The notes under the pieces: generated by a model | Database searches by the model: none | Told to the model about the DNA's origin: nothing | Seen by the model: only the letters and a program-made list of their open reading frames with translations | Program-made: the position numbers and the translations under genes | From: Candidatus Thorarchaeota archaeon | Lineage (GTDB): Archaea > Asgardarchaeota > Lokiarchaeia > Sigyniarchaeales > SOKP01 | Reading direction: 5' to 3' | NCBI GenBank assembly: GCA_048883105.1 | Contig: JBHLQY010000001.1 | Span: forward strand, 1 to 62,912 | DNA length: 62,912 bases | Shown: in pieces, positions 1 through 9,128 of the stretch | How the letters are laid out: each line of letters opens with the position of its first letter | How positions within the stretch are numbered: the stretch's first letter is position 1

Positions 1-197
1 CTTACTTCTGATATAGAGTGCTTTATATAGAAGCAAATATATATATAACAATTCTAATTATTATTATTATATTTAAAAATAATAGGAATATATGAATGGG
101 GTTCTCTCTATCAGATATAAGACCAAATAAAAAATTCTGGCTAATCTAAAACTTCAAATATCATACTATTTAAAAAATTTTAATGGAAGCGAATTAA

Positions 198-416
198 ATG
201 AAAGACAAAAACAAAGAGAAAACCAAAACTCCAATGAGAAACATTACTATAAATATTCCAGATATATATGATAAAAATATTCAATGGTTAATTTCTAAAA
301 AATTAATCGCCAGTAGGTCTGAGGCCATCAGGACTGCTCTAAGAGAATATTTACATTCTGAATATGGAAATAATCTAGAGTTGCTGGGATACACTCCTAC
401 TGAAAATGAACATTAA
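198..416 (+). CDS. Ribbon-helix-helix (CopG/Arc/MetJ-type) DNA-binding protein, 72 aa
   Basis: The short ORF has a beta-strand-like segment (MRNITINIPD) followed by a helix pair ending in SRSEAIRTALREYL. This is the classic RHH signature. Confidence 0.6.
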   Translation: MKDKNKEKTKTPMRNITINIPDIYDKNIQWLISKKLIASRSEAIRTALREYLHSEYGNNLELLGYTPTENEH

Positions 417-424
417 AAATAGGG

Positions 425-432
425 TTTTTTTT
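425..432 (+). terminator. Oligo-T tract (T8) just downstream of the RHH gene stop
   Basis: A run of 8 T lies 9 nt after the stop at 414-416. Archaeal intrinsic termination commonly uses oligo-T. The tract also lies 3 nt from the convergent S28e stop. Confidence 0.35.
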
Positions 433-434
433 AT

Positions 435-680
435 TTATCGTCGTATTTTTCTTGCTTCTCTTTCTACTTCTCGCAATATGACTATATCATCTAATCGCAC
501 AGGACCTTTCACATTTCTAGTAAGAATTCGATTTTTATCAGGACCTTCAAGAATTCGAACTTTTATCTGGGTGATTTCCCCTGTAAGTCCTGTACGCCCA
601 ATAACAGCAATTACTTGAGCAAGAATGGATTGATCCTTTATTTCTATTCCTTTTGATTTGTCAAATTTAACCAGATTAAT
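435..680 (-). CDS. rps28e: 30S ribosomal protein S28e (start codon non-canonical, boundary uncertain)
   Basis: My minus-strand translation reads ...[64 protein letters not shown]. This matches the S28e core (GRTG..G...QVKVRILEG.D..R...RNV.GPVR.GDIL.L.E.EREAR). The gene sits directly downstream of L7Ae, as in the conserved archaeal L7Ae-S28e arrangement. The frame is open only from 687, and no ATG/GTG/TTG is in frame. The first near-cognate codons are ATT at 680-678 and CTG at 674-672. Confidence 0.8.
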   Translation of the reverse strand: MNLVKFDKSKGIEIKDQSILAQVIAVIGRTGLTGEITQIKVRILEGPDKNRILTRNVKGPVRLDDIVILREVEREARKIRR

Positions 681-690
681 TTTCCCCTTA

Positions 691-1062
691 TTATTTTTTT
701 ATTGCTTCAAGTTGCTTTATTATATCATCTAATATATTCTCATTTCCTGTACCAACATTATCAACGGAGATTGAAGAAGCGCCAACATTTAAATTTACGG
801 CATTTCCTAAGTTTTTTCTGCTTGAAATATACGTATAAGGAATGTTTTTTTCTTCACATAATAGTGGCACATGATATAATATCTCCGGAGGATTAACATC
901 TTCAGCCATAACGACTATTTTGGCTTGTCCTCGTTCTATGGACTTGGTAACTTCGTTCATACCTTTCCTTATTTTTGAATCTTTTGTTTCGGCGATACTA
1001 TTTAATATATTCTTAATTTGATCCTTTAATTTATCAGGAACTTTAAACTTAACATAAGACAT
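691..1062 (-). CDS. rpl7ae: 50S ribosomal protein L7Ae
   Basis: The 123-aa ORF carries the L7Ae/L30e signature: [57 protein letters not shown]. Confidence 0.92.
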   Translation of the reverse strand: MSYVKFKVPDKLKDQIKNILNSIAETKDSKIRKGMNEVTKSIERGQAKIVVMAEDVNPPEILYHVPLLCEEKNIPYTYISSRKNLGNAVNLNVGASSISVDNVGTGNENILDDIIKQLEAIKK

Positions 1063-1215
1063 TTAATTCACATCTCATTCTAATATATTAATATATATTT
1101 TCATTAATCATAGAGATTTTAATGAGAAAATTAGTACATAATCTAAAATAAAATTTATGATTTAAAGCTGAAAACATTAAAATTTTTTTAGGATGTTTCC
1201 TTTTATTTATTTATA

Positions 1216-1416
1216 ATGATTATACCTATACGATGCTTCTCCTGTAGTAAGCTCATTGCCCATGTTTATCAACCATATCTGGATTTATTAGAAAAGGGCG
1301 TAAGTTCTGAAGATGCGTTTGAACAATTAGGTATAGAGCGCTTTTGTTGTAAACGCATGATTGTGGCGCACGTTGATTTGATAGATGACTTGCTAAAGTT
1401 TCCTCGCCTGCAGTAA
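1216..1416 (+). CDS. rpoN: DNA-directed RNA polymerase subunit N (Rpo10/RPB10)
   Basis: The start MIIPIRCFSCSK... and the segment ...LGIERFCCKRMIVAHVDLID match the zinc-binding RpoN/Rpb10 consensus (PVRCFTCGK ... RYCCRRM...HVDLI). Confidence 0.92.
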   Translation: MIIPIRCFSCSKLIAHVYQPYLDLLEKGVSSEDAFEQLGIERFCCKRMIVAHVDLIDDLLKFPRLQ

Positions 1417-1528
1417 GAGAAAAAAAGATTAGGTTTGTTTTAAATAAAATAATATTGAATCTTATTTAATTTAAACACAAATTTTATTCTATATTAGAAT
1501 TTTAAAAGAATAATGAAATTAGAAATTT

Positions 1529-1711
1529 TCAGTGCTTACCGTAATAAATAGTCCAGCGCGTTTTTCTTGGGTTCTTCTTGTATTTTAACATGGCCTTTCT
1601 ACATTTTGCTGTACAGAAGTTCAAGATAGTGCCATCTCTTTTAACAAACATTACTCCTCGCCCAATTGGTATATCATATCCGCAGAAACTGCACTTTTTA
1701 ACCTTTACCAT
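1529..1711 (-). CDS. rpl24e: 50S ribosomal protein L24e
   Basis: The 60-aa ORF has CSFCGYDIPIGRGVMFVKRDGTILNFCTAKCRKAML, the typical L24e zinc-ribbon pattern. Confidence 0.9.
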   Translation of the reverse strand: MVKVKKCSFCGYDIPIGRGVMFVKRDGTILNFCTAKCRKAMLKYKKNPRKTRWTIYYGKH

Positions 1712-1721
1712 GAGAATTCAA

Positions 1722-2132
1722 CTATTCTTTTGCTTTGAAAAGTTCGGCCTCTCCATATTTTATAACTTTAAGGTTTATTAAAGTTATATCGTGAGTTATT
1801 TCGTTACCTCTTATAGTTTTTCTTCTTTTTTGACCTTTCCTTTTAGGTTTATACCCAATACCCCGTTTGGAAACTAATATTTTTTTCTTCACTGGACCAT
1901 GCACGTCTTTCCGTATTGGAAATCCTGATGTATCGCTCCCTCCTGTAATTTGAAATTCGTAATTAGGAAACCCAATAAATCCTCCTTTAATAACATCCCC
2001 AATCTTCAATCCTTCAAACCTAAATTTCTTTTCGTCAATTTGTACTAATTTAGATAATCCCTTTCCAGGACCCGTATTCCCACCAGAAATATTCAATTTG
2101 TATACTCTTTTCTCAGAACTCATTTTTATCAA
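1722..2132 (-). CDS. rps6e: 30S ribosomal protein S6e
   Basis: The segment ITGGSDTSGFPIRKDVHGPVKKKILVSKRGIGYKPKRKGQKRRKTIRGNEI matches the S6e core (GG.D..GFPM ... G.R.RK.VRGN). The gene ends 10 nt upstream of L24e. Confidence 0.9.
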   Translation of the reverse strand: MIKMSSEKRVYKLNISGGNTGPGKGLSKLVQIDEKKFRFEGLKIGDVIKGGFIGFPNYEFQITGGSDTSGFPIRKDVHGPVKKKILVSKRGIGYKPKRKGQKRRKTIRGNEITHDITLINLKVIKYGEAELFKAKE

Positions 2133-2282
2133 CCATACAAAAAGAGAATCGAGTTATTAAAAGTATGAAAATTTAAATATTTTATCGAAATAAGAATTTT
2201 GAAGGCTTATTCATTAGTTTAGCCATAAATTTAAAATTATTTATAGCTTAATTAACTTAAAAAGAAATAATTGAAGTAATCT

Positions 2283-3068
2283 ATGCAAATCTTTGAAGTT
2301 ATTGAAATAAACGAATATCCTTATATGATGACAAAAGAAATTTATGATGGCGAGATCGTGAGAGATGTTATAAAGGAGGATAAAGTTTCCCTCATCGTTG
2401 ACCATAATTTGAATAGAATCTGGACGTATAATGGTTATAAGAGTTCTTTCAAATTACAAATGTATGGTGTCAAATTAGCAGAAATGCTTAGAAGACAACT
2501 TAAGTTAAAATACAACATATATCCTTTAAACAGATTTACTGAAAAAGATGAAATATTTCAGGAATTAATGGAAAAACCTCTTGGTGGAGGTATAGCACAA
2601 GCCATTGGAAAAAAGGACTTTTATGAATTTGAAGATGGATTTAAGGTGAAAGCTGATGTTAAGATCATTCCAGATATTAACGTGAAAAACGCATTAGAGT
2701 ATATCAACGAAATTCCTCATCCCGAAAAATTTATAAGAAAATTTATGATTGTGGGTGGAAATATATATACAGACGAAGAAATTACAGAATCTTTTGTTAC
2801 GGAAGAAAAAACTGTCGAAAAACCATTGAAATTGGGGAGATTAAATAGAGGTTTTACTTTTTTTGAAGATTACACTGCTCGATTAATAATAAATGATCGA
2901 AAAATGCAAGGTATTGAATTATATATTCACGAGAAAGATAAACGTAAGACAAAATTATTAGAGGTAAAAATTCCTATATTTGCAGAAGAAAAATTTAATA
3001 AGAACGGTTCAATGGATACATTAATCAATGCTTTTCAAATACCTGAAGAATTGCCAAAAGAAGAATAA
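2283..3068 (+). CDS. Hypothetical protein, 261 aa, with a possible gelsolin-like N-terminal domain
   Basis: It is a long ATG-initiated ORF with no competing ORF. Residues ~30-100 (KVSLIVDHNLNRIWTYNGYKSSFKLQMYGVKLAEMLRRQL...EKDEIFQELM) follow the same pattern as the clear gelsolin domains at 38835-39833 (DVYLIDDEKTIYVWIGSKCSIDEKTTGAANARRL...ETPEFLKLI). Confidence 0.5.
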   Translation: MQIFEVIEINEYPYMMTKEIYDGEIVRDVIKEDKVSLIVDHNLNRIWTYNGYKSSFKLQMYGVKLAEMLRRQLKLKYNIYPLNRFTEKDEIFQELMEKPLGGGIAQAIGKKDFYEFEDGFKVKADVKIIPDINVKNALEYINEIPHPEKFIRKFMIVGGNIYTDEEITESFVTEEKTVEKPLKLGRLNRGFTFFEDYTARLIINDRKMQGIELYIHEKDKRKTKLLEVKIPIFAEEKFNKNGSMDTLINAFQIPEELPKEE

Positions 3069-3268
3069 AACTAAAAAATTTAGTTGTATTTCTACATTTA
3101 ACATTATCATAATTATAGAAATTTTAATATTAGTGAATTAACTTGTTTTTATTGGAGATAAGTATTTTTTTAAATATTATCTACAAAATACAACAATATA
3201 TAAAGAAAATATCTACAAATTATACAAAAATAAATGATTTAAGGTAAAAATTATTTATTGTGATACTT

Positions 3269-4564
3269 ATGCCAAAAACTATCGAATACTATATCGGGGA
3301 AGCCTTAGTGGGTGATGGTCGCGATCCAAATATAGCTCATATAGATTTAATAATTGGTTCAAAGGATGGACCTGTTGGTGTCTCCTTCGCAAACGCTCTT
3401 AGTGAACCTTCAAAAGGACACGGTGGATTGCTAGCTGGTATCCGTCCAAACCTACTCGCGAAACCAGTAACTTTAATAGTACCAAAAGTCACAGTTGCAA
3501 AAATGGAGGATGCTAATAAAATCTTCGGGCCTGCCCAAGCAGCAGTCGCTAAGGGGATTGCGGATGCTGTAGAGGAAGGATTGATACCGATGAACAAATT
3601 AGACCAATGGCTAATTATTGCTAGTGTTTTTATCCATCCTGAAGCTACGGATTATAGAAAAATTTATCAATATAATTATGGTGCTACGAAATTGGCGATT
3701 CAAAGAGCTTTAAAACAATATCCTCCAATTGAAAAGATATTTTATGATAAGGATCGAGCAAAACACCCTATAGCAGGATTAAGAGTTCCAAGACTCTGGC
3801 GCCCTCCCTATATACAAGTAGCTTTAGATCATCCAGCTCTCGAGCGCCAAATGAAAGTTGTTAAACAATTACCTAAAAGTGATCGAATTTTACTTGAAAT
3901 TGGTACACCTTTTCTTAAGAAATATGGTGTTGAATCGATTAAAAAAATACGTGACATTGCGAAAGAAAAGTTTATAGTTGCCGATTTAAAGACGTTAGAT
4001 GTCGGTAAGTTAGAGGTTGATTTTGCATTTGACGCAACTGCCGATGCTGTTGTAGCAAGTGGTTTAGCTTCTACTGCTTCACTCGACAAATTCATTTTAG
4101 AAGCGCAGCGACTTGGCATTCACGCATTTGTTGACACAATGGAAGTTCCAGATCCTCTTGAGAAATTGAGTTCGCTAAGACAAACCCCGGATGTTGTAAT
4201 AATTCATAGAGCAATTGATGTTGAGCAATCTTTAGAGGGAGATAAATCTCCTGATGCCCAGCAACGACAAAGATGGGCGTTGGTTTCAGAAATTAAGGAA
4301 TTATACAAAGAACAAAAAAAAGCTTCAGGGAGGGATCGTGTTTTAGTTGCTGTAGCTGGAGGAATTGAGCCAAGCACTGCTCAATATGCCCTTCAGATGG
4401 GTGCTGACATCCTCATAGTGGGGCGTTTTATAGCGTCGGCAAAAGACGTTAAATTTGCCATGAGAAGGATGCTCCAAGTTTTACCGGGTTATCAAGATAT
4501 TGACTTAAAACGAATACACTCTGAAGATGATGACCAAAGTGTAAAGAAGGCTACATGGGATTAA
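3269..4564 (+). CDS. fae-hps: Bifunctional formaldehyde-activating enzyme / 3-hexulose-6-phosphate synthase (Fae/Hps)
   Basis: The N-terminal half (IGEALVGDGRDPNIAHIDLIIGSKDGPVGVSFANAL) is Fae-like. The C-terminal half (PYIQVALDH...FIVADLKTLDVG...VAVAGGI) is an OMP-decarboxylase-fold Hps. This fusion architecture is known in archaea. I prefer the ATG at 3269 over the GTG at 3260. Confidence 0.85.
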   Translation: MPKTIEYYIGEALVGDGRDPNIAHIDLIIGSKDGPVGVSFANALSEPSKGHGGLLAGIRPNLLAKPVTLIVPKVTVAKMEDANKIFGPAQAAVAKGIADAVEEGLIPMNKLDQWLIIASVFIHPEATDYRKIYQYNYGATKLAIQRALKQYPPIEKIFYDKDRAKHPIAGLRVPRLWRPPYIQVALDHPALERQMKVVKQLPKSDRILLEIGTPFLKKYGVESIKKIRDIAKEKFIVADLKTLDVGKLEVDFAFDATADAVVASGLASTASLDKFILEAQRLGIHAFVDTMEVPDPLEKLSSLRQTPDVVIIHRAIDVEQSLEGDKSPDAQQRQRWALVSEIKELYKEQKKASGRDRVLVAVAGGIEPSTAQYALQMGADILIVGRFIASAKDVKFAMRRMLQVLPGYQDIDLKRIHSEDDDQSVKKATWD

Positions 4565-4572
4565 TTTTTTTT
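4565..4572 (+). terminator. Oligo-T tract (T8) immediately after the Fae/Hps stop
   Basis: T8 begins 1 nt after the TAA at 4562-4564. Confidence 0.4.
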
Positions 4573-4698
4573 AAATCTCGTTTATTCTTTTATATAATTT
4601 TGAGATTGAATCCACTTTTCTTTTTTTTGCAGCTTAATTTAAATCAAAAAGCTTTTTAAAAACAAATTCAGATTTAAAAAAAAAGAAATTAAAAAACT

Positions 4699-7206
4699 CT
4701 AGAGCTTTATCGGACGACTATTAGCTTGGAATACTGGTCCTATAATTTGACTGTAAAGCTTAGAGTATTGCTCTTGGTTGCTGATAATGGCTACCATTTC
4801 CGTTTCTTTTGTTGTCACGGGCGCAAGGATTACCTCTTCAGCATCTCGTGTTACAGCAAAAAAATCTCCCGCTCCAGTTAAATTGCGAAATTGAATGTTT
4901 CCCAATTGCATCATTTTCTTAATGATATCTCCGTAGGTTGCCATATCAAAAGCAGATGTAAGCATAAATCTGGCTGCTTTTTTCTGATAAGCAAATTCAG
5001 AGATAAGTTGTAAAACTTCGGGTAATACTTTAGGCATAACAATTATGATTGAAGATTTGGTTCGATACACAGCACTTTTAACTGCTGCTATCAACGCATC
5101 TCTTCCAACAGTGTGCCATGTGTTAACAATTCCTTTATCTTCTTGAACGGAACTCGATGCATTATGAATATCTTTTAACTTTGTTTCGTTAGTTTCAGCT
5201 ATTTCAGTAACGTCGTCAATCGAGTTCATAAAATGAAGTGTAAAATCGGCAATAGCATCTTTTACATTCTGGGAAGTGTCCCGAGTTGTATTCGATAAAC
5301 TAGTTCGTAGGGTTTCAGCGTTTTCTTTATATTTATTTTTATGATCTTCGAGCATATTAGACAACACTTTGTCCATATCAGCTGATTCCTCGTTCCAGAG
5401 GTTAATTTCAGAGTCAATTTTTTCAGAAGTAATTGACTTAGATGAGTCAAAATCAGAACGAATTTTAGCTAAACGGCTATCTACTGTATTTTTATGTTTT
5501 GATTTGAAATCGTTTATGGTGGTAATTTGATTATTGCATTCAGTGGATACATCACTTTTACCTCCAGAAAATTTAGAATCCACATCTTTGACCCAATTAT
5601 CATTCTTTGTTTTTATATCGGAATCAAAAGCAGTATAATGTTTTAACGATTGTTCTTTATGTTCATTTATCGCTTCGTCATAATCCTTATGGTGCTGTTT
5701 TAATGTATTTTCTAGGGAATCCTTCAACTTTATTGTGGTATCAGAACAGTCTTTTACTCCACTCTGCAAAGTATCATCGATTTCACTTGCCATATCTGTT
5801 GCTAAAGTATCTAATTCTGCACTAATCGTTTCCTGTGCTCTTTTGTCAAGGTCTGTAGTTTCTGTAGTGAGAGAACTATTTTCACTGGACATAGTTTCTG
5901 TTACTTCTCCTTTCAATTCATCTGTAGTTGACTGGGTATCGTTGATATATTTATCGCAATCATTAACAAAATCGTCTTTAAATGGTCTTGAAATTGATGC
6001 TACTTTTTGCTCTATTACCTTCCAATCGTTAATAAATCTCATTTTTTTCTTTTTTCCAAAGAAAAAACCTACTTTCGTGATTGCTTCTGAAAAATCACTA
6101 AAACGATTTGAAGTATCAAGAAGGTTTTCAAGCAAAGTAAGAGCACTATTTTTATATTCATTTACTTGATTTTGAAAAATTGAATGTCGATCCTCAACTT
6201 TAGAATGTATATCTGACTCAACCCTACTTGTCGTGCTTTTCACATGGTTAATATGTTCCGATAATAATTTTGAGATTCTATCTTTTAAATCTGTAATAAT
6301 TTTTTCCATTCTTTCTAAATATTTTTCAAGAATTTGTTCCATTTTAGGTTTAAGCTCGTTCGCAATATTTTTATGCCTCTCAACGTGGTCATCTAAATCC
6401 TTTTTCAATTCTTTTTCCAAATTTTCGACACGAGATGAAAAATCTCCTAATAATTCGTCGACTAAACTATTTAAATTATTATTAGCGGTAGTTATAGTCG
6501 ATTCATTATCACTTACAAAAGAACTAGAAATATTCTTAAGATCAGTGTTTAATGTGTCTAAGATATTATGAATGTTATTTTCCAGACTTCCTGTAGAGGT
6601 ATTTTGTGCCTCCTTAATTGCCTCTAATTCGCCATCCAACTGATCTGCATCAGCTTTTAATTCTGAATAATCTTTCTCAATATTATCGTGAAGTTCTTTT
6701 TCTAAAGTTTTAGAAGTTTCGGTAAACCGGTTGGTTGCTTTATCAATTCTGGCTTTTTTATCAGAATTTTTTGCGTCAGAATCATCGAAAAAAGCCTTAA
6801 CTTGAGTAGCTACCGCATTCTCAACTTCCTCGATACTTTTATTTTGAATTGATTCAAGCTTCTCAAATCGACTAGATTGATCAGCTAGAGCATTATCTTT
6901 AGTACTAGCAATCTCATTTCTAAACACTTCGGATTCATTCGTAAATAATTCAAAATAAGGTTCCAACGGGACATATCTATCTACAATACCTTCTATTTTT
7001 TTTAAGAAGTTATTTTCCACGAGTTTTTTGGTTATTTCTTCAACACGAGAATACTCAATCTCACCCTCTTCAAAATACATTAGTACTTCAGATATTGTGG
7101 CTTGAGGTACTCCTAGATATTTTATGTAAACACTTATATCCTCTTCAGTCAATCCGTAACGAGTGAAGATTTCTTTAGTTATCTCTTTTAGAGACATATT
7201 TTTCAC
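4699..7206 (-). CDS. TrmB-family-like protein with a ~580-aa helical/coiled-coil insertion (835 aa)
   Basis: The N-terminus (YGLTEEDISVYIKYLGVPQATISEVL...EEITKKLVENNFLKKIEG..RYVPLEP) matches the TrmB winged-helix pattern. The C-terminal ~140 aa (WHTVGRDALIAAVKSAVYRTKSSIIIVMPKV...FFAVTRDAEEVILAP) resemble the TrmB C-terminal domain. The middle is a long S/T/D/N/E/K-rich helical region. Confidence 0.6.
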   Translation of the reverse strand: MKNMSLKEITKEIFTRYGLTEEDISVYIKYLGVPQATISEVLMYFEEGEIEYSRVEEITKKLVENNFLKKIEGIVDRYVPLEPYFELFTNESEVFRNEIASTKDNALADQSSRFEKLESIQNKSIEEVENAVATQVKAFFDDSDAKNSDKKARIDKATNRFTETSKTLEKELHDNIEKDYSELKADADQLDGELEAIKEAQNTSTGSLENNIHNILDTLNTDLKNISSSFVSDNESTITTANNNLNSLVDELLGDFSSRVENLEKELKKDLDDHVERHKNIANELKPKMEQILEKYLERMEKIITDLKDRISKLLSEHINHVKSTTSRVESDIHSKVEDRHSIFQNQVNEYKNSALTLLENLLDTSNRFSDFSEAITKVGFFFGKKKKMRFINDWKVIEQKVASISRPFKDDFVNDCDKYINDTQSTTDELKGEVTETMSSENSSLTTETTDLDKRAQETISAELDTLATDMASEIDDTLQSGVKDCSDTTIKLKDSLENTLKQHHKDYDEAINEHKEQSLKHYTAFDSDIKTKNDNWVKDVDSKFSGGKSDVSTECNNQITTINDFKSKHKNTVDSRLAKIRSDFDSSKSITSEKIDSEINLWNEESADMDKVLSNMLEDHKNKYKENAETLRTSLSNTTRDTSQNVKDAIADFTLHFMNSIDDVTEIAETNETKLKDIHNASSSVQEDKGIVNTWHTVGRDALIAAVKSAVYRTKSSIIIVMPKVLPEVLQLISEFAYQKKAARFMLTSAFDMATYGDIIKKMMQLGNIQFRNLTGAGDFFAVTRDAEEVILAPVTTKETEMVAIISNQEQYSKLYSQIIGPVFQANSRPIKL

Positions 7207-7357
7207 ATTAGTTTTTTAGATTTGTTTTAAGATTCACTTAATATTTAATTTAAATTTTATATGAATTTACTAATATTTTATTTAAAATATTATTTAATAT
7301 TATTTTCATACTAATTATTCTTTTTATATTTAGTTATAGAAAAAAAAGTTAACATTC

Positions 7358-9001
7358 TTAATCATTTTTTCTGTGTCTTAAAATTTGACCGTTTAAGACT
7401 CCTAAGTGGCTTCCATTTTTAGCAGTGATTTCTCCATTTACAATAACATAATAAATACCTTCTGGAAATTGACGACCATTCTGATAATTAGCTTTGTCTT
7501 TTATTTCGTCGGGTTTAAATATGACGATATCCGCCTTGTAGTTTTCTCTGATAATCCCTCTGTCTTTCAAACCTAATATCGATGCGGGTAATGAAGTCAT
7601 CTTTCTAACTCCTTCTTCTAATGACACAATCTTTTTATCTCTAACATATCTTGCCAATATTTTTGGAAAGGTTCCGTAGGAGCGTGGATGAGTATTACTA
7701 TCTAAAACTAAAAAACCATCAGAACCTATACACACAAAATCTTGTTGAAATAAAGATAAAATGCTCCTTCTCTCGTTCATACCTTTAAAAGAAACCATAA
7801 TCGAACCCTCTTCATCTCTAATGAAATCCAATAGAGCTTCAGCTATTTCTTTTTTCGGATAAAGACTTTTCAACACATCGTTTAAATATTTTCCCTCTAT
7901 TTGATGATTATGCAAAACACTGATAATTCTTACGCTATTTTTTAAAAAATTGAACATAAACTCTATCATTTTAGTCCTAGGGAGTTCTTGAATTTTAGAT
8001 GTTATATTAGTTAGAAATGTTGAGGTCAACATATTGATTGTCTCATCTATGATTTTTTCTCTAGTATTTGGGTTAATTAAATTTTCTTGAAAATTTTTAT
8101 AAACCCAAGGTTTTAATAAAAATCCTGCCAAACTAGTAGAACCTTCCTCATAAGGATAAATATCTGCGTAAATATTAAGACCTTCATTTCTGGCATTTAT
8201 TACCATTTTAATCATCTTTGGAGTTAATTTCCATGCAAAATTACCAGCAGCCTTCCAATGAGATATCTGACCTTTAATCTTTGCATTTCTTACAATTTTA
8301 ATAAATTCACCCATTCCCTCTTCTAAAATTTTTGTTCCTTCGTTTCTTATATGAGAGTCGTAAATACCTCCGTATTGTCTTACAACTTTGCAAAGTTCAA
8401 TAATTTCTTCTGTAGAGGTTATAGATCCTGGGGGGTATATTAAACCTGTACTCATTCCAAAGGCCCCAGCTTCTAATTCTCTTTTAACCATATTTTTCAT
8501 TGACTTCAATTCTTTTGGTGTTGCTGAGCGATTATCTAATCCTATTATACTTACTCTTATATTTCCTTGAGGTATGAAAAATGCTAGATTTGTAGAGATT
8601 CCTTTTTTTTCTATTACATCCATATATTCTTGAAGTGTATCAAATAATTGCAATTTACCGGAACCAAACACATTTTCCACGAAAGTCGAATAATAATTTC
8701 GAACTTTGTCATTAGCAGGAGCCAGTCCTATCCCGCACATTCCTACTATGAGAGTTGTAGCTCCCTGCATAATGGTTGGTTCAGCTTTGTTTGCTTCTAA
8801 TATCGTAAGATCTCCGTGGGAATGCATGTCAATAAATCCCGGGGAGACAACCTTACTAGACGCATCAATTAATTCGCAGTCATCTTCCTTTAGGTTCAAT
8901 CCAATCTTATCAATTCTACTATTTTTAATATAAACATCAGATTTATATCCCGGAGAACCAGTACCATCGACAATTATTCCATTTCTTATTAAAATATTCA
9001 T
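7358..9001 (-). CDS. N-acyl-D-amino-acid deacylase (D-aminoacylase) family amidohydrolase
   Basis: The pattern MNILIRNGIIVDGTGSPGYKSDVYIKNSRIDKIG...VVSPGFIDMHSHGDL is typical of the D-aminoacylase/amidohydrolase N-terminus with an HxH metal motif. I prefer the start at the internal ATG (9001). Confidence 0.75.
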   Translation of the reverse strand: MNILIRNGIIVDGTGSPGYKSDVYIKNSRIDKIGLNLKEDDCELIDASSKVVSPGFIDMHSHGDLTILEANKAEPTIMQGATTLIVGMCGIGLAPANDKVRNYYSTFVENVFGSGKLQLFDTLQEYMDVIEKKGISTNLAFFIPQGNIRVSIIGLDNRSATPKELKSMKNMVKRELEAGAFGMSTGLIYPPGSITSTEEIIELCKVVRQYGGIYDSHIRNEGTKILEEGMGEFIKIVRNAKIKGQISHWKAAGNFAWKLTPKMIKMVINARNEGLNIYADIYPYEEGSTSLAGFLLKPWVYKNFQENLINPNTREKIIDETINMLTSTFLTNITSKIQELPRTKMIEFMFNFLKNSVRIISVLHNHQIEGKYLNDVLKSLYPKKEIAEALLDFIRDEEGSIMVSFKGMNERRSILSLFQQDFVCIGSDGFLVLDSNTHPRSYGTFPKILARYVRDKKIVSLEEGVRKMTSLPASILGLKDRGIIRENYKADIVIFKPDEIKDKANYQNGRQFPEGIYYVIVNGEITAKNGSHLGVLNGQILRHRKND

Positions 9002-9128
9002 AAGAACATCAAAAATTAAGTGTGATAAGAATTTGAGAATCAATAAATTAAATTATAAATATATGAATCTGTTTATATTTAAATTAATTGTTTAAGATTT
9101 AAAATATGAAATTGAAAGATGATATGAA

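Noticed and set aside
406-618. A 70-aa plus-strand ORF in the supplied track.
   Set aside because: It is antisense to a sequence that translates on the minus strand into an unmistakable S28e. Its own product is low-complexity ([17 protein letters not shown]...), so it is a shadow ORF.
5262-6571. Several 60-144-aa ORFs on both strands inside the 835-aa coiled-coil gene. Similar nested ORFs occur inside 43065-46805, 49029-51104 and 41370-41906.
   Set aside because: They are antisense or out-of-frame shadows of long, low-complexity coiled-coil coding sequence. Their products are S/F/L-rich with no motifs.
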